Positions 38,863 through 47,763 of a stretch of 64,000 nucleotides of DNA are shown piece by piece (position 1 is the first letter of the stretch; each line of letters starts with the position of its first letter). A program made the position numbers and the translations under genes. The notes below the pieces were generated by a model. It did no database searches and was not told where the DNA came from. It saw nothing but the letters and a program-made list of their open reading frames with translations. The DNA lies in assembly GCA_029202545.1 (NCBI GenBank), contig CP119311.1:5276069-5340068 (forward strand), written 5' to 3'. Origin of the DNA: Candidatus Pseudobacter hemicellulosilyticus (GTDB lineage: Bacteria; Bacteroidota; Bacteroidia; Chitinophagales; Chitinophagaceae).

Positions 38863-39453
38863 TTAGCGTTGGTACATATTACGGTTGAGGAAATAAACAG
38901 CGTAGCCGTTGCCCAGCTCACGGTAATGGGTGAAACCGAACCTGCCTTCCAGGAGGATGGCGTCAAAAGGCGCCTGCCGTACAAAAATATGCGTGGCCCC
39001 CAATATTTCGAAGAGGTATTCAATGACCAGGCGCAATGAGTTGAGGTATACATTGAGGGGGCTGACAGCCTCTGGCGCCCGGATAAAATGCAGGAAGAAA
39101 TAACCGGGATCATCCGGTCCGTCCTCTATAATGCCGGCCTTGCTGAGCGGGCTGATCTCCGCTGCATTCACGCGGGTGCTGTTGTTAAGCCATACCATGA
39201 CCAGCCGGTCTTCGGGTTCCTCCCATTGCTGGTAAGTGGACGACAGCTGAAAATCTTTATCGGGAAAATGGCCCCCATTGAGTTCGGAGTCCAGCCAGTC
39301 TGCTATATGTGACAGGTCAGATCCTGAGGCACGCAGATCCACAGGCCGCAGGCAGAGGGAGAAACGATAGAACTGGTGACAATAGAGATCATTTTTCATG
39401 ATGCGGCCAAACAAATCATTTAACGGATCAGTCCGGATAAGACCATCCATCAA
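38863..39453 (-). CDS. Hypothetical protein, possibly a degenerate GNAT (IucB/AlcB-like) acetyltransferase
   Basis: FSLCLRPVDL...DLSHIADW resembles the start of Acetyltransf_8 domains, and the C-terminus has a GFTH motif. The resemblance is weak. Confidence 0.4.
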   Translation of the reverse strand: MMDGLIRTDPLNDLFGRIMKNDLYCHQFYRFSLCLRPVDLRASGSDLSHIADWLDSELNGGHFPDKDFQLSSTYQQWEEPEDRLVMVWLNNSTRVNAAEISPLSKAGIIEDGPDDPGYFFLHFIRAPEAVSPLNVYLNSLRLVIEYLFEILGATHIFVRQAPFDAILLEGRFGFTHYRELGNGYAVYFLNRNMYQR

Positions 39454-40029
39454 AAGGGAACGACAATGTGTTTAATGAAGAAAAAAAACGAGCCTTAACC
39501 AGGAGTCAACAACGTTCTGTGCAATGTACAGAACGTAGCAGATCGGAATACTTAAAGCTAACAAACGCAACCCGAAAGGGTATGTGCCGGCAATGAAAAA
39601 AGACAAAATTACCCCGAAGCACATACGCAGGGATACGGGTATGCACTTACGCCCGGTATGGGTATTTCAGGAGGAAAAAATTGTTACTATTTCGAAAGTT
39701 TTTATCCCGAATTCATAACGTGTTTAGCTGACCGGCCAGTAATTTTGGGAAGGAGTTAAAGCAACAGCGAGCGTATTTTTTCTTTCGTCATTTATGTCGA
39801 TCATATATAAGGCCAGCTGAGAAGTAGCTGTAATAACCGGGTAGCTGATGATGATGTACAGGTGCAGCGGCATTGCCTTTATTATGCCAGGTATGCAGAG
39901 GGTCAGCATAGTATAGACAATCGTCCGAAAAGCACCGGGCTGTAATTGGATGCCCTGTCGCTCCGGTAATCCAACAACCAGGTGAAATAACCGGAAGCCC
40001 CGCATCATCAGCGCCCGTTTTTTTTGTTC

Positions 40030-40257
40030 CTATTCTTTCAGTACGCTCCATACCTGTTTCCACACCCGGTCCTGCGCAGCCAGCAGGCGGTCCAGCATTT
40101 CCCGCAGATAGTTCCTGTCATTGATCTTTTCAAAAACGGCACGATGGGCCGCAGACCGGTTCACCCAATCAAGGAGTTCATCCTGGTCTGTTCCGGTCAG
40201 CTGTTGGTTCCTGTATTGTATCAACAGGCGGGCAATGAGCATTCTTGTTTCCATCAT
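40030..40257 (-). CDS. Small protein resembling an isolated FecR-type anti-sigma N-terminal domain
   Basis: RMLIARLLIQY...LT..DQDELLDWV..S..HR.VFEKI. It stops before any TM helix. Confidence 0.55.
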   Translation of the reverse strand: MMETRMLIARLLIQYRNQQLTGTDQDELLDWVNRSAAHRAVFEKINDRNYLREMLDRLLAAQDRVWKQVWSVLKE

Positions 40258-40372
40258 CAGTTGGCGCAATGGTCTTCCCTGCCAGAAAGCCTGTTCTGTA
40301 ATATAACAACCTGGCACCTGTAATGCCCGGTGGTTAGCGTCTTAAAATGTGGAAAGGGTCAGTGTGCGGAGA

Positions 40373-40741
40373 TCAGTGTACTTCATCCTGAAGCAGGCGG
40401 AGAAGCACTTCATGCAGTACTTCTTCTGAGAACAGTTCTTCATCGGAGCCGGCAACGGTGCGGGCAGGCTGTTCAGGCAGTTCCTGCGCATGGTCCAGGA
40501 TTTCCCTGTAGGCCGTTACCAGGAGAAAGGATTTCAGATTGGTCAGTTCGGTAAAATTACTCCTCAGATTCCAGCACTTCACAAATACATTGGCGGTGAG
40601 CTTTTCTGCCAGCGCTTCCTGGCCCAGCAACCGAAGCAACTGGAAGTAGACTGTTCCGAAATACAGCTTGTACAGCTGCCGGAAGGCTTCCTGGCTACCG
40701 TTCCTGAATTGCTCCAGCAGGGCCGGATCCGGTTGTTCCAT
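40373..40741 (-). CDS. ECF sigma factor fragment (region 2 only)
   Basis: LLEQFRNGSQEAFRQLYKLYF..V...AE..TANVFVKCW..R..F....NLKSFL...AY. No region 4 HTH is seen before or after the stop. Confidence 0.7.
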   Translation of the reverse strand: MEQPDPALLEQFRNGSQEAFRQLYKLYFGTVYFQLLRLLGQEALAEKLTANVFVKCWNLRSNFTELTNLKSFLLVTAYREILDHAQELPEQPARTVAGSDEELFSEEVLHEVLLRLLQDEVH

Positions 40742-40850
40742 GGGTCTGTTTTAAGGTTAGCAGTTGTGATAACCCAATAAATGTAAGAAAGTTTGGCAAC
40801 ATTGAGTTACCGCTCATGGTTGCCCCCGACCGGCTTTCCAGGGGCCGGAC

Positions 40851-40881
40851 AAAAAAAATCCTGCCTTTTTTGGGGCAGGAT
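40851..40881 (-). terminator. infC terminator
   Basis: ATCCTGCC/GGCAGGAT 8-bp stem followed by T8 on the minus strand, 26 nt after the infC stop. Confidence 0.8.
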
Positions 40882-40907
40882 CTTTTCCAAATATCTGGGG
40901 ACAGCGT

Positions 40908-41495
40908 TTATTGTGCGTCCTTTTTCTTTTTAGAACTTTTGGGAGAGATGATCATCAGCATCCTTTTGCCTTCCAGCTTGGGCATGCCTTCCGGTTGTCC
41001 AAGCTCTGCCAGGCGCTCTGCAAATTTCAGCAGTACCAGCTCACCTCTTTCCTTGAACATGATGGCCCTTCCCTTGAACTGTACATAGGCTTTTACCTTA
41101 TTGCCTTCCTTCAGGAAGCTTTCGGCATGCCTTGCCTTGAAATCAAAGTCGTGGTCATCCGTACCAGGTGTAAAGCGGATCTCTTTTACCTCCGCCGCCT
41201 TACTATTGGCCTTCATCTCTTTTTCCTTCTTCTTCTTCTCGTAGAGGAATTTATTATAATCAATGATCTTACAAACCGGGGGATCCGCCTGCGGAGAGAT
41301 CTCTACCAGGTCCAGCTGCTGGTCTTGCGCCATGCGCATGGCCTCCTGGGTGGAATATACGCCCACCGTCACATTATCGCCTACCAGGCGAACCTGGGGG
41401 ACTCTGATCATATGGTTGGTGCGATGCTCCTGTTGCTGCTCTTTCCTGAATCGCGGATTAAAATTACCTCTCGGTTGTCTCGGTGGAAATGCCAT
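40908..41495 (-). CDS. infC: Translation initiation factor IF-3
   Basis: IRVPQVRLV, LDLVEISP.ADPPVCKIIDY.KFLYE, VKEIRF.P...HDF.FK and FKGR motifs. Confidence 0.97.
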   Translation of the reverse strand: MAFPPRQPRGNFNPRFRKEQQQEHRTNHMIRVPQVRLVGDNVTVGVYSTQEAMRMAQDQQLDLVEISPQADPPVCKIIDYNKFLYEKKKKEKEMKANSKAAEVKEIRFTPGTDDHDFDFKARHAESFLKEGNKVKAYVQFKGRAIMFKERGELVLLKFAERLAELGQPEGMPKLEGKRMLMIISPKSSKKKKDAQ

Positions 41496-41566
41496 TTACA
41501 ATTTTTACGTTAACGATTTTTAGATGATGTTTTTTAATATAGGGCTTGGTAACAATGACGATTGGC

Positions 41567-43507
41567 TCACTCTGCCACTCTTGTCCGGATCTCCTGCTGC
41601 AATTTCGCCACAATTTCTGCTACTTTTTCTGACCCCAGATCACCTTTGCCCTGACGCCTTACCGATACCTGGTCCTCATTCATCTCTTTCTCTCCTACTA
41701 CCAGCATATACGGCACTTTCATCAGTTCGGTATCCCGGATCTTTTTACCTATTTTCTCGTTCCGGTCATCAACTTCAGCACGAATATCAGCATTTTTCAG
41801 TGATTCCAAAACACTATTTGCGTAATCCATGAACTTGTCGCTGATGGGCAGGATCTTCACCTGGAGGGGCGCCAGCCAGAGCGGTAACTTGCCTGCATAG
41901 TGTTCCAGCAGGAAGCCGATAAAGCGCTCATGGGTACCCAGCGGGGCCCGGTGAATGATCAGGGGCGTATCAAAGGTATTGTCGTTCTTAATGAACTCCA
42001 GCTTGAAGCGCCTTCCCTGGGCAAAATCCACCTGGTTGGTGGCCAGCGTGAATTCCCGGCCAATGGTGCTCCAGATCTGTACGTCGATCTTGGGACCGTA
42101 GAAAGCGCCTTCGTCCTGCACTTCCACAAAAGGAATATTGGACTCCAGCAATACCTTTCTTACCATATCCTCGGTTTCCAGCCAGAGCTCGGGCTCATTG
42201 ATGTATTTCTGCCCCAGTTTGGCAGGATCATGGAGGGACAGGCGCATCACGTATTTATCGATCCCGAAGATCTTGAAATACTTCATGTACATCTCGTTCA
42301 CCGCCCTGAACTCCTGGGCAAACTGCTCCCGGGTGCAATAGATATGCGCGTCGTTCATATGCAAACAACGTACCCGCATGAGGCCGAAAAGCTCGCCGCT
42401 CTGCTCATAGCGGTAGCAGGTGCCGTATTCCGCCAGGCGCAGGGGCAGGTCCTTGTAACTGCGTGGCTCAGCCGCAAAGATCTTGTGGTGGTGCGGGCAG
42501 TTCATGGACTTCAGGTAGTATTTCTGTCCTTCCAGCTCCATGGCAGGGAACATGCTGTCCTGGTAATACGGCAGGTGGCCGCTGGTCAGGTACATGCTTT
42601 CCTTGGCAATATGCGGGGTCACCACTCTTTTGTAACCAGCCCGCTGTTCTGTTTCCTTGGCCAGCTTTTCCAGTTCTTCAATGATGATGGTCCCATTGGG
42701 CAGCCACAAAGGAAGGCCCGGACCTACATCATCATCCATGGTGAAAATACCCAGTTCCTTACCAAGTTTGCGGTGGTCGCGCTTTTTGGCTTCCTCCAGC
42801 ATCTGCAGGTATTCATCCAGCTCTTTCTGGGCAGGAAAAGTAACGCCATAGATACGGGTCAGCTGCTTGTTATTGGCATCGTTCTTCCAGTAAGCGCCGG
42901 CAATATTGGTCAGTTTGATGGCCTTGATAGGGCCTGTGGAAGGTATATGCGGTCCGCGGCAGAGATCGGTGAAATTACCCTGAGAATAGAAGGTGATACC
43001 TCCATCGGTCAGGTTGCTGAGCAGGTCCAGCTTGTATTCATCTCCTTTCTCCGTGAAATAGGCAATGGCTTCCTGCTTGGGCATTTCCTTGCGCAGGAAG
43101 GGATTGTTCTGTCTGGCCAGCTCATTCATCTTCTTTTCCAGGCTCTTCAGGTCCTCTTCCGTGATCTGGCGGCCGCCCAGGTCCATATCATAATAGAAAC
43201 CCATACCCTTTTCCAGGGCCGGGCCTACCCAGAATTTAACACCGGGGAACAGGCTTTCCACTGCTTCCGCCATAAGGTGGGCGGAAGAATGCCAGAACGT
43301 CAACTTGCCGTCCGTATCATCCCATGTCAGCAATTTAAGCGCAGCATCCTGGCTGATAGGCCGCGTGGCGTCCCATACCTGTCCATTCACACTGGCCGCC
43401 AGTACTTTTCTGGCCAGCCCTTCGCTGATTGATTTGGCAATGTCCAATGCACTACTGCCTTCCTGATACTCCCGAACTGCACCGTCGGGGAAAGTGATCT
43501 TGATCAT
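41567..43507 (-). CDS. thrS: Threonine--tRNA ligase
   Basis: TGS domain, FWHSSAHLMA, DLCRGPH, RDHRKLGKEL, MNCPHH, YRYEQSGEL.GLMRVR and IIHRA motifs. Confidence 0.98.
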   Translation of the reverse strand: MIKITFPDGAVREYQEGSSALDIAKSISEGLARKVLAASVNGQVWDATRPISQDAALKLLTWDDTDGKLTFWHSSAHLMAEAVESLFPGVKFWVGPALEKGMGFYYDMDLGGRQITEEDLKSLEKKMNELARQNNPFLRKEMPKQEAIAYFTEKGDEYKLDLLSNLTDGGITFYSQGNFTDLCRGPHIPSTGPIKAIKLTNIAGAYWKNDANNKQLTRIYGVTFPAQKELDEYLQMLEEAKKRDHRKLGKELGIFTMDDDVGPGLPLWLPNGTIIIEELEKLAKETEQRAGYKRVVTPHIAKESMYLTSGHLPYYQDSMFPAMELEGQKYYLKSMNCPHHHKIFAAEPRSYKDLPLRLAEYGTCYRYEQSGELFGLMRVRCLHMNDAHIYCTREQFAQEFRAVNEMYMKYFKIFGIDKYVMRLSLHDPAKLGQKYINEPELWLETEDMVRKVLLESNIPFVEVQDEGAFYGPKIDVQIWSTIGREFTLATNQVDFAQGRRFKLEFIKNDNTFDTPLIIHRAPLGTHERFIGFLLEHYAGKLPLWLAPLQVKILPISDKFMDYANSVLESLKNADIRAEVDDRNEKIGKKIRDTELMKVPYMLVVGEKEMNEDQVSVRRQGKGDLGSEKVAEIVAKLQQEIRTRVAE

Positions 43508-43606
43508 TGTTATTCCGCTATTACTTTTTTTGATGAGGGGAAACCGGATTGCCTTAACTTAGCCGCCTCAGCATCATCATACCCCGGATCCAATACCCCC
43601 AATCTG

Positions 43607-43614
43607 CAAATTTA
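43607..43614 (-). promoter_or_regulatory. -7 promoter element (TAAATTTG) for thrS-infC
   Basis: Exact TAnnTTTG match about 100 nt upstream of the thrS ATG. Confidence 0.55.
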
Positions 43615-43696
43615 ACGAATGATTTGCAGACAACCATTTACGATATTATTCGTAAAAAAAAGGAATTTACTAATTTGCCACCGTGAGGATCCATTC

Positions 43697-44845
43697 ATGA
43701 AGCGATTTTTATCATTTGTAGTGTTTTTTACCGCTCTTTCCGCAGCTGCACAGGACCTGACAGGCGTCTGGCGGGGTAGTTTCAACTCCGGCGGCAGCCG
43801 GTTCATGGAAATGCCGGGCCTGGATAACCGCTACAAATTTGAGGTCCAGCTGGACCAGCGTAACAAGGCCTTCTCCGGCGTCACCTATTCTTACCTGACC
43901 ACTGTTTTCTACGGAAAGGCCAGCTGCCGGGGCACCGTCAATCCCAAGACCAGTAAAGTTTTGCTGGAAGAACTGAAGATAGTGGAAGTGCGTATGAGCA
44001 ACAGCACATCAGCCTGTATCATGACCTGCTTCCTGCAATATTCCAAAATAGGCGACGAAGAATTCATGGAAGGGACCTATTCCAGCATGAACGAAAAGGA
44101 TTCCAGCAACTGCGGCAAAGGCACAGTATTCCTCCGCAAAGTGACCAGCTCCGATTTCTATAAGGAGCCCTTCCTGATCAAACGGGAAGCGGAAAAGGAA
44201 AAGGCCGCACAGCAGCTGGCCCGGAAGGACACGCCAAGGATCACCCCTCCTGCCCGGACCAATCCGCCCGCCACCCAGAAACCCAATCCCACTGTTAAAA
44301 AGACCAGCCCCTCGCTGGTCCCCTCCAATAACCTGGCCCGTAAAAGCACGGCGCCCCCCAAACAGCCTGAAAGACCGGTGGCCAAAACCAATCCCGCGCC
44401 GGCTCCTGTGACCATAGCAACTGTGCCTCCGGCAGATACGCCCAAACCCGTTGTCCGGGTCAATATACCTGCTGTGCCTACACCGCACGACCTGGCCACC
44501 CGCAAGAACGAACTGGTACGGACCATCACCACCAGCGCCCGCGAGATCACCATCAATATCTACGATAACGGTTCCATTGACAACGATACGGTGTCCGTGT
44601 ACCTGGACAAGAAACTGGTGCTGGGCAACAAGCGGCTCACGGACAGGCCGATCACCCTGAAATTTGAGTTGAATGAAGACCAGGATTATCATGAACTGGT
44701 AATGGTGGCTGAAAACCTCGGAGAGATCCCCCCCAACACTTCCCTCATGGTGGTAAAAGCCGGTAGCCAGCAGTTTGAGGTCCGCATCACTTCTACCGAG
44801 CAGAAGAATGCCGTAGTGATCTTCAAATTCGATAAGAACCGATGA
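43697..44845 (+). CDS. Secreted hypothetical two-domain protein with a Pro/Thr/Lys-rich linker
   Basis: Signal peptide, an N-domain (QDLTGVWRG) and a low-complexity linker. The C-domain reads YDNGSIDNDTVSV...VAENLGEIPPNT. Confidence 0.75.
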   Translation: MKRFLSFVVFFTALSAAAQDLTGVWRGSFNSGGSRFMEMPGLDNRYKFEVQLDQRNKAFSGVTYSYLTTVFYGKASCRGTVNPKTSKVLLEELKIVEVRMSNSTSACIMTCFLQYSKIGDEEFMEGTYSSMNEKDSSNCGKGTVFLRKVTSSDFYKEPFLIKREAEKEKAAQQLARKDTPRITPPARTNPPATQKPNPTVKKTSPSLVPSNNLARKSTAPPKQPERPVAKTNPAPAPVTIATVPPADTPKPVVRVNIPAVPTPHDLATRKNELVRTITTSAREITINIYDNGSIDNDTVSVYLDKKLVLGNKRLTDRPITLKFELNEDQDYHELVMVAENLGEIPPNTSLMVVKAGSQQFEVRITSTEQKNAVVIFKFDKNR

Positions 44846-45030
44846 CCGTTCACATAATCAGGGGATGGCCAGCAGTCCGCTATTCCATCCAAACCTTCTT
44901 CCCCACCCTCAGACACCCGCCACTACCGTTGCAAGCCAATTGGTTCGTCCCAGACCTTCTTTAAAAAACTACTGGCAGGGAACACAGCAATATTCTGTGC
45001 GCCCTGCCAGCATATAATAGTATAATAGCG

Positions 45031-45627
45031 TTATCTCCGGGAGAAATCCAGTGAATCTTCCACGCTGCCGCAATGCAGCATCTCATCACCAAAATAAGGA
45101 TTGAAGACTTCCCTGTTCTGGCTGACCCAGTACGCGCCCTGGTTATCGAAGGCCATGGGACAATACTGCCAGTATACTTTCTGGCCGTCATATCTTACGG
45201 TCTGGATGATCACGTACATAGACTCTGCAATCATCTTGAACTCCTTTCTTTTGGCTTTGAGGTCCTTTTCACCCGCCACGGCCCTGGCGGAACCGGCAAT
45301 GGTGCCGGCATAATCCTTTGCCGTCAGTTTGATGGCGCCGGTGCTGTCACCCTTGATCTCGTTAATCTGGAGGCTGTCGGCCGTAGTAGCCAGGCGCAGG
45401 GCGGCGGCGCTGGCCTTGCCGGTATCACTGGTCACCAGTGCGTCCTTGAGGTCGAAATAGGCGGTCAGGAACCGGTGGAAGGACTGGTTGAAAGCCCCTG
45501 AATGTTCGGTGACGGTCAGCGGCTGCTGTTTTTCTTCTGCAGGTTGATCGGCCTTTCCTCCCCAGATCTTCCAGGCTACAAACCCGATAAGGCCCAGGGC
45601 TACAATGGCTATCAGCAATTTTTTCAT
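45031..45627 (-). CDS. DUF3347 domain protein (metal-efflux-associated family)
   Basis: YFDLKDALV.SD and YCPMAFDNQGAYWVS...NPYFGDEMLHCG motifs. Confidence 0.88.
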   Translation of the reverse strand: MKKLLIAIVALGLIGFVAWKIWGGKADQPAEEKQQPLTVTEHSGAFNQSFHRFLTAYFDLKDALVTSDTGKASAAALRLATTADSLQINEIKGDSTGAIKLTAKDYAGTIAGSARAVAGEKDLKAKRKEFKMIAESMYVIIQTVRYDGQKVYWQYCPMAFDNQGAYWVSQNREVFNPYFGDEMLHCGSVEDSLDFSRR

Positions 45628-45692
45628 CCGTGATGGTTTATGGTCAAAAATTTCTCAAAGGTAACAGATTAAATGTTACGCCCCGATTGTCA

Positions 45693-45700
45693 TACTTTTG
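45693..45700 (+). promoter_or_regulatory. -7 promoter element (TACTTTTG) for the ABC-F gene
   Basis: Exact TAnnTTTG match 25 nt upstream of ATG 45726, which supports that start. Confidence 0.6.
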
Positions 45701-45725
45701 CGAAGTTTTAAAATACGTTTTATTT

Positions 45726-47708
45726 ATGCTGGCAGGTTTGACGAATGTAACTTTTGAATTTGGTGCAAGGGCCCTCCTGGAAGATGCCACCTGGCATATC
45801 CAACCCAATGAGCGCATAGGACTGATCGGTTTTAACGGTACGGGTAAATCCACCCTGCTCAAATTGCTGGTGGGCGAGTACAGCCCCTCCGCCGGCACGG
45901 TGGAGCGGAGCAGGACCACCACCATCGGCTACCTGCACCAGGACCTGCTGAGCTTTGACACCAATGATTCCATCCTGGATGTGGCCATGGGCGCCTTTGA
46001 GCGCGTACTGCAGCTGGAACAGGAAATTGAAGCCCTGGGCAAGGAACTGGAAAGGACCGGCGACGAAACCACCCTCCACGCCTATACCGACCGCCTGCAC
46101 GAAATGGATACCCTGGACGGCTATACCATCCACCACCGTACCGAAGAAGTGCTGCAGGGCCTCGGTTTTGCCAATGCTGATCTCCAGCGTCCCTACAAAG
46201 AGTTCAGCGGTGGCTGGCGGATGCGCGTGCTGCTGGCCAAAATGATCCTCCAGGCGCCCGACCTCCTGCTGCTGGATGAACCTACCAACCACCTGGATCT
46301 TCCCTCCATTGAATGGCTGGAGAAATACCTGGTGCATTACCAGGGCTCTGTGGTCATTGTGAGCCACGATAAATATTTCCTGAACCGCATGGTCACCAAG
46401 ATCGTGGAAGTATACCAGCGGCAACTCCATGTCTACAACGGTAATTACGAATTCTACCAGACAGAAAAAGAACTGCGCACCGAACTGCAGCAAAGAGCCT
46501 ACGAAAACCAGCAGGACTATATCCGCCAGCAGGAACGTTTTATTGAACGGTTCAAGGCCAAGGCTTCCAAAGCCGCCCAGGCACAGAGCGCCGTGAAAAG
46601 ACTGGACAAACTGGACCGGCTGGAGGAAGTGACCGTTGAGCGGCCCGACCTGCGCATCAATTTCCAGGTGGATAAAACACCCGGCAAAGTACTGGTAGAG
46701 CTGAAAGATATTACCAAGCAGTTCAGCCCCACGGTCAGGATCGTAGAGCATGCCTCCGCCGAGATCAACCGGGGCGATAAGATTGCCCTGATCGGGGCCA
46801 ACGGTAAAGGTAAATCCACCCTGCTGCGCATTATTGCCGGCATTGAACCCTTCACCGGAGAACGCCGCTGGGGCCATAACGTGGAAGAAAGTTTCTATGC
46901 CCAGCACCAGCTGGAAGCACTGAACGTCAACAATAATATCCTGGATGAAATGAAAACGGCCGGCAGCCAGAAAACAGAACTGGAGCTGCGCACCCTGCTG
47001 GGCTGCTTCCTGTTCAGCGGTGATGACGCCGATAAAAAGGTCAAGGTACTCAGCGGTGGTGAAAAAGCCCGCGTGGCCCTGGCCAAGACCATCGTGAGCA
47101 AGGCCAATTTTTTAATGCTGGACGAACCTACCAACCACCTGGATATGCACTCCGTGGACCTGCTCATAGAAGCACTGGGCCGATACGAGGGCAGCATCAT
47201 AATGGTCAGCCACGACCGGTATTTTATTTCCAAAGTAGCCAATACCATCTGGGAGATCGACAACCAGGAGATCAAAGCTTTCAGCGGTGGTTATGAAGAA
47301 TGGGTACAATGGAAAGAAAGGATGGCCAAGTCCGATATAGCCAAAAACAAACCTGAGAAAAAGAACAACGATAAAAAGGCCGCCACGCCTGCTCCGGAAC
47401 CCAAACCCGTGCCGGTGGCCGCCAAACCCGTAACGCCTGCCGCCCCTATCAATAAGGAGCTGAAAAAGGAACTGCAGAAACAGCAGCGCATTTTCCAGGA
47501 GCTGGAACAAAAGATAGCGGCTGTCAACAAGGATAAAGAAGTTGCCGAAGCCCTGCTGGCCTCGCCCGATATCTATGCCGATAAGAATAAATTCCGGGAA
47601 ACAGAGACCAGGCTGAAGACCATCCATGCCGACCTGGGCCGGCTCAACGCCGAATATGAAACGGTGTTTGAGAAGGTGGTGGAGCTGGAAGCAAAGATGG
47701 GGGGATAA
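45726..47708 (+). CDS. ABC-F family ATP-binding protein
   Basis: Two NBDs (GFNGTGKST / GANGKGKST; FSGGWRMR / LSGGEKAR; DEPTNHLD twice), no TM segments, C-terminal coiled coil. Confidence 0.95.
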   Translation: MLAGLTNVTFEFGARALLEDATWHIQPNERIGLIGFNGTGKSTLLKLLVGEYSPSAGTVERSRTTTIGYLHQDLLSFDTNDSILDVAMGAFERVLQLEQEIEALGKELERTGDETTLHAYTDRLHEMDTLDGYTIHHRTEEVLQGLGFANADLQRPYKEFSGGWRMRVLLAKMILQAPDLLLLDEPTNHLDLPSIEWLEKYLVHYQGSVVIVSHDKYFLNRMVTKIVEVYQRQLHVYNGNYEFYQTEKELRTELQQRAYENQQDYIRQQERFIERFKAKASKAAQAQSAVKRLDKLDRLEEVTVERPDLRINFQVDKTPGKVLVELKDITKQFSPTVRIVEHASAEINRGDKIALIGANGKGKSTLLRIIAGIEPFTGERRWGHNVEESFYAQHQLEALNVNNNILDEMKTAGSQKTELELRTLLGCFLFSGDDADKKVKVLSGGEKARVALAKTIVSKANFLMLDEPTNHLDMHSVDLLIEALGRYEGSIIMVSHDRYFISKVANTIWEIDNQEIKAFSGGYEEWVQWKERMAKSDIAKNKPEKKNNDKKAATPAPEPKPVPVAAKPVTPAAPINKELKKELQKQQRIFQELEQKIAAVNKDKEVAEALLASPDIYADKNKFRETETRLKTIHADLGRLNAEYETVFEKVVELEAKMGG

Positions 47709-47763
47709 ATTTTTAATCTGCCGGTGCTGGCTGGTTAACCATTCCTCGTTAATTTCGGTCTGT

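Noticed and set aside
39555-39600. c-di-GMP-I (GEMM) riboswitch suggested by CAAAC...ACCC-GAAA-GGGT
   Set aside because: The conserved GACGCAAAGC segment and the second hairpin are missing. Only a GNRA hairpin is supported.
39724-40008. 94-aa ORF as a real gene
   Set aside because: No recognisable motif, and overlapping ORFs of similar size exist on the other strand. It cannot be supported.
43508-43606. T-box or tRNA-mimic operator in the thrS leader
   Set aside because: The ~100-nt leader has only short stems. There is no T-box motif and no convincing Thr anticodon-like loop.
45031-45627. DUF3347 as a marker of a metal-resistance island
   Set aside because: No Cus/Cop transporters or mobile genes are nearby. 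It is a stand-alone copy.
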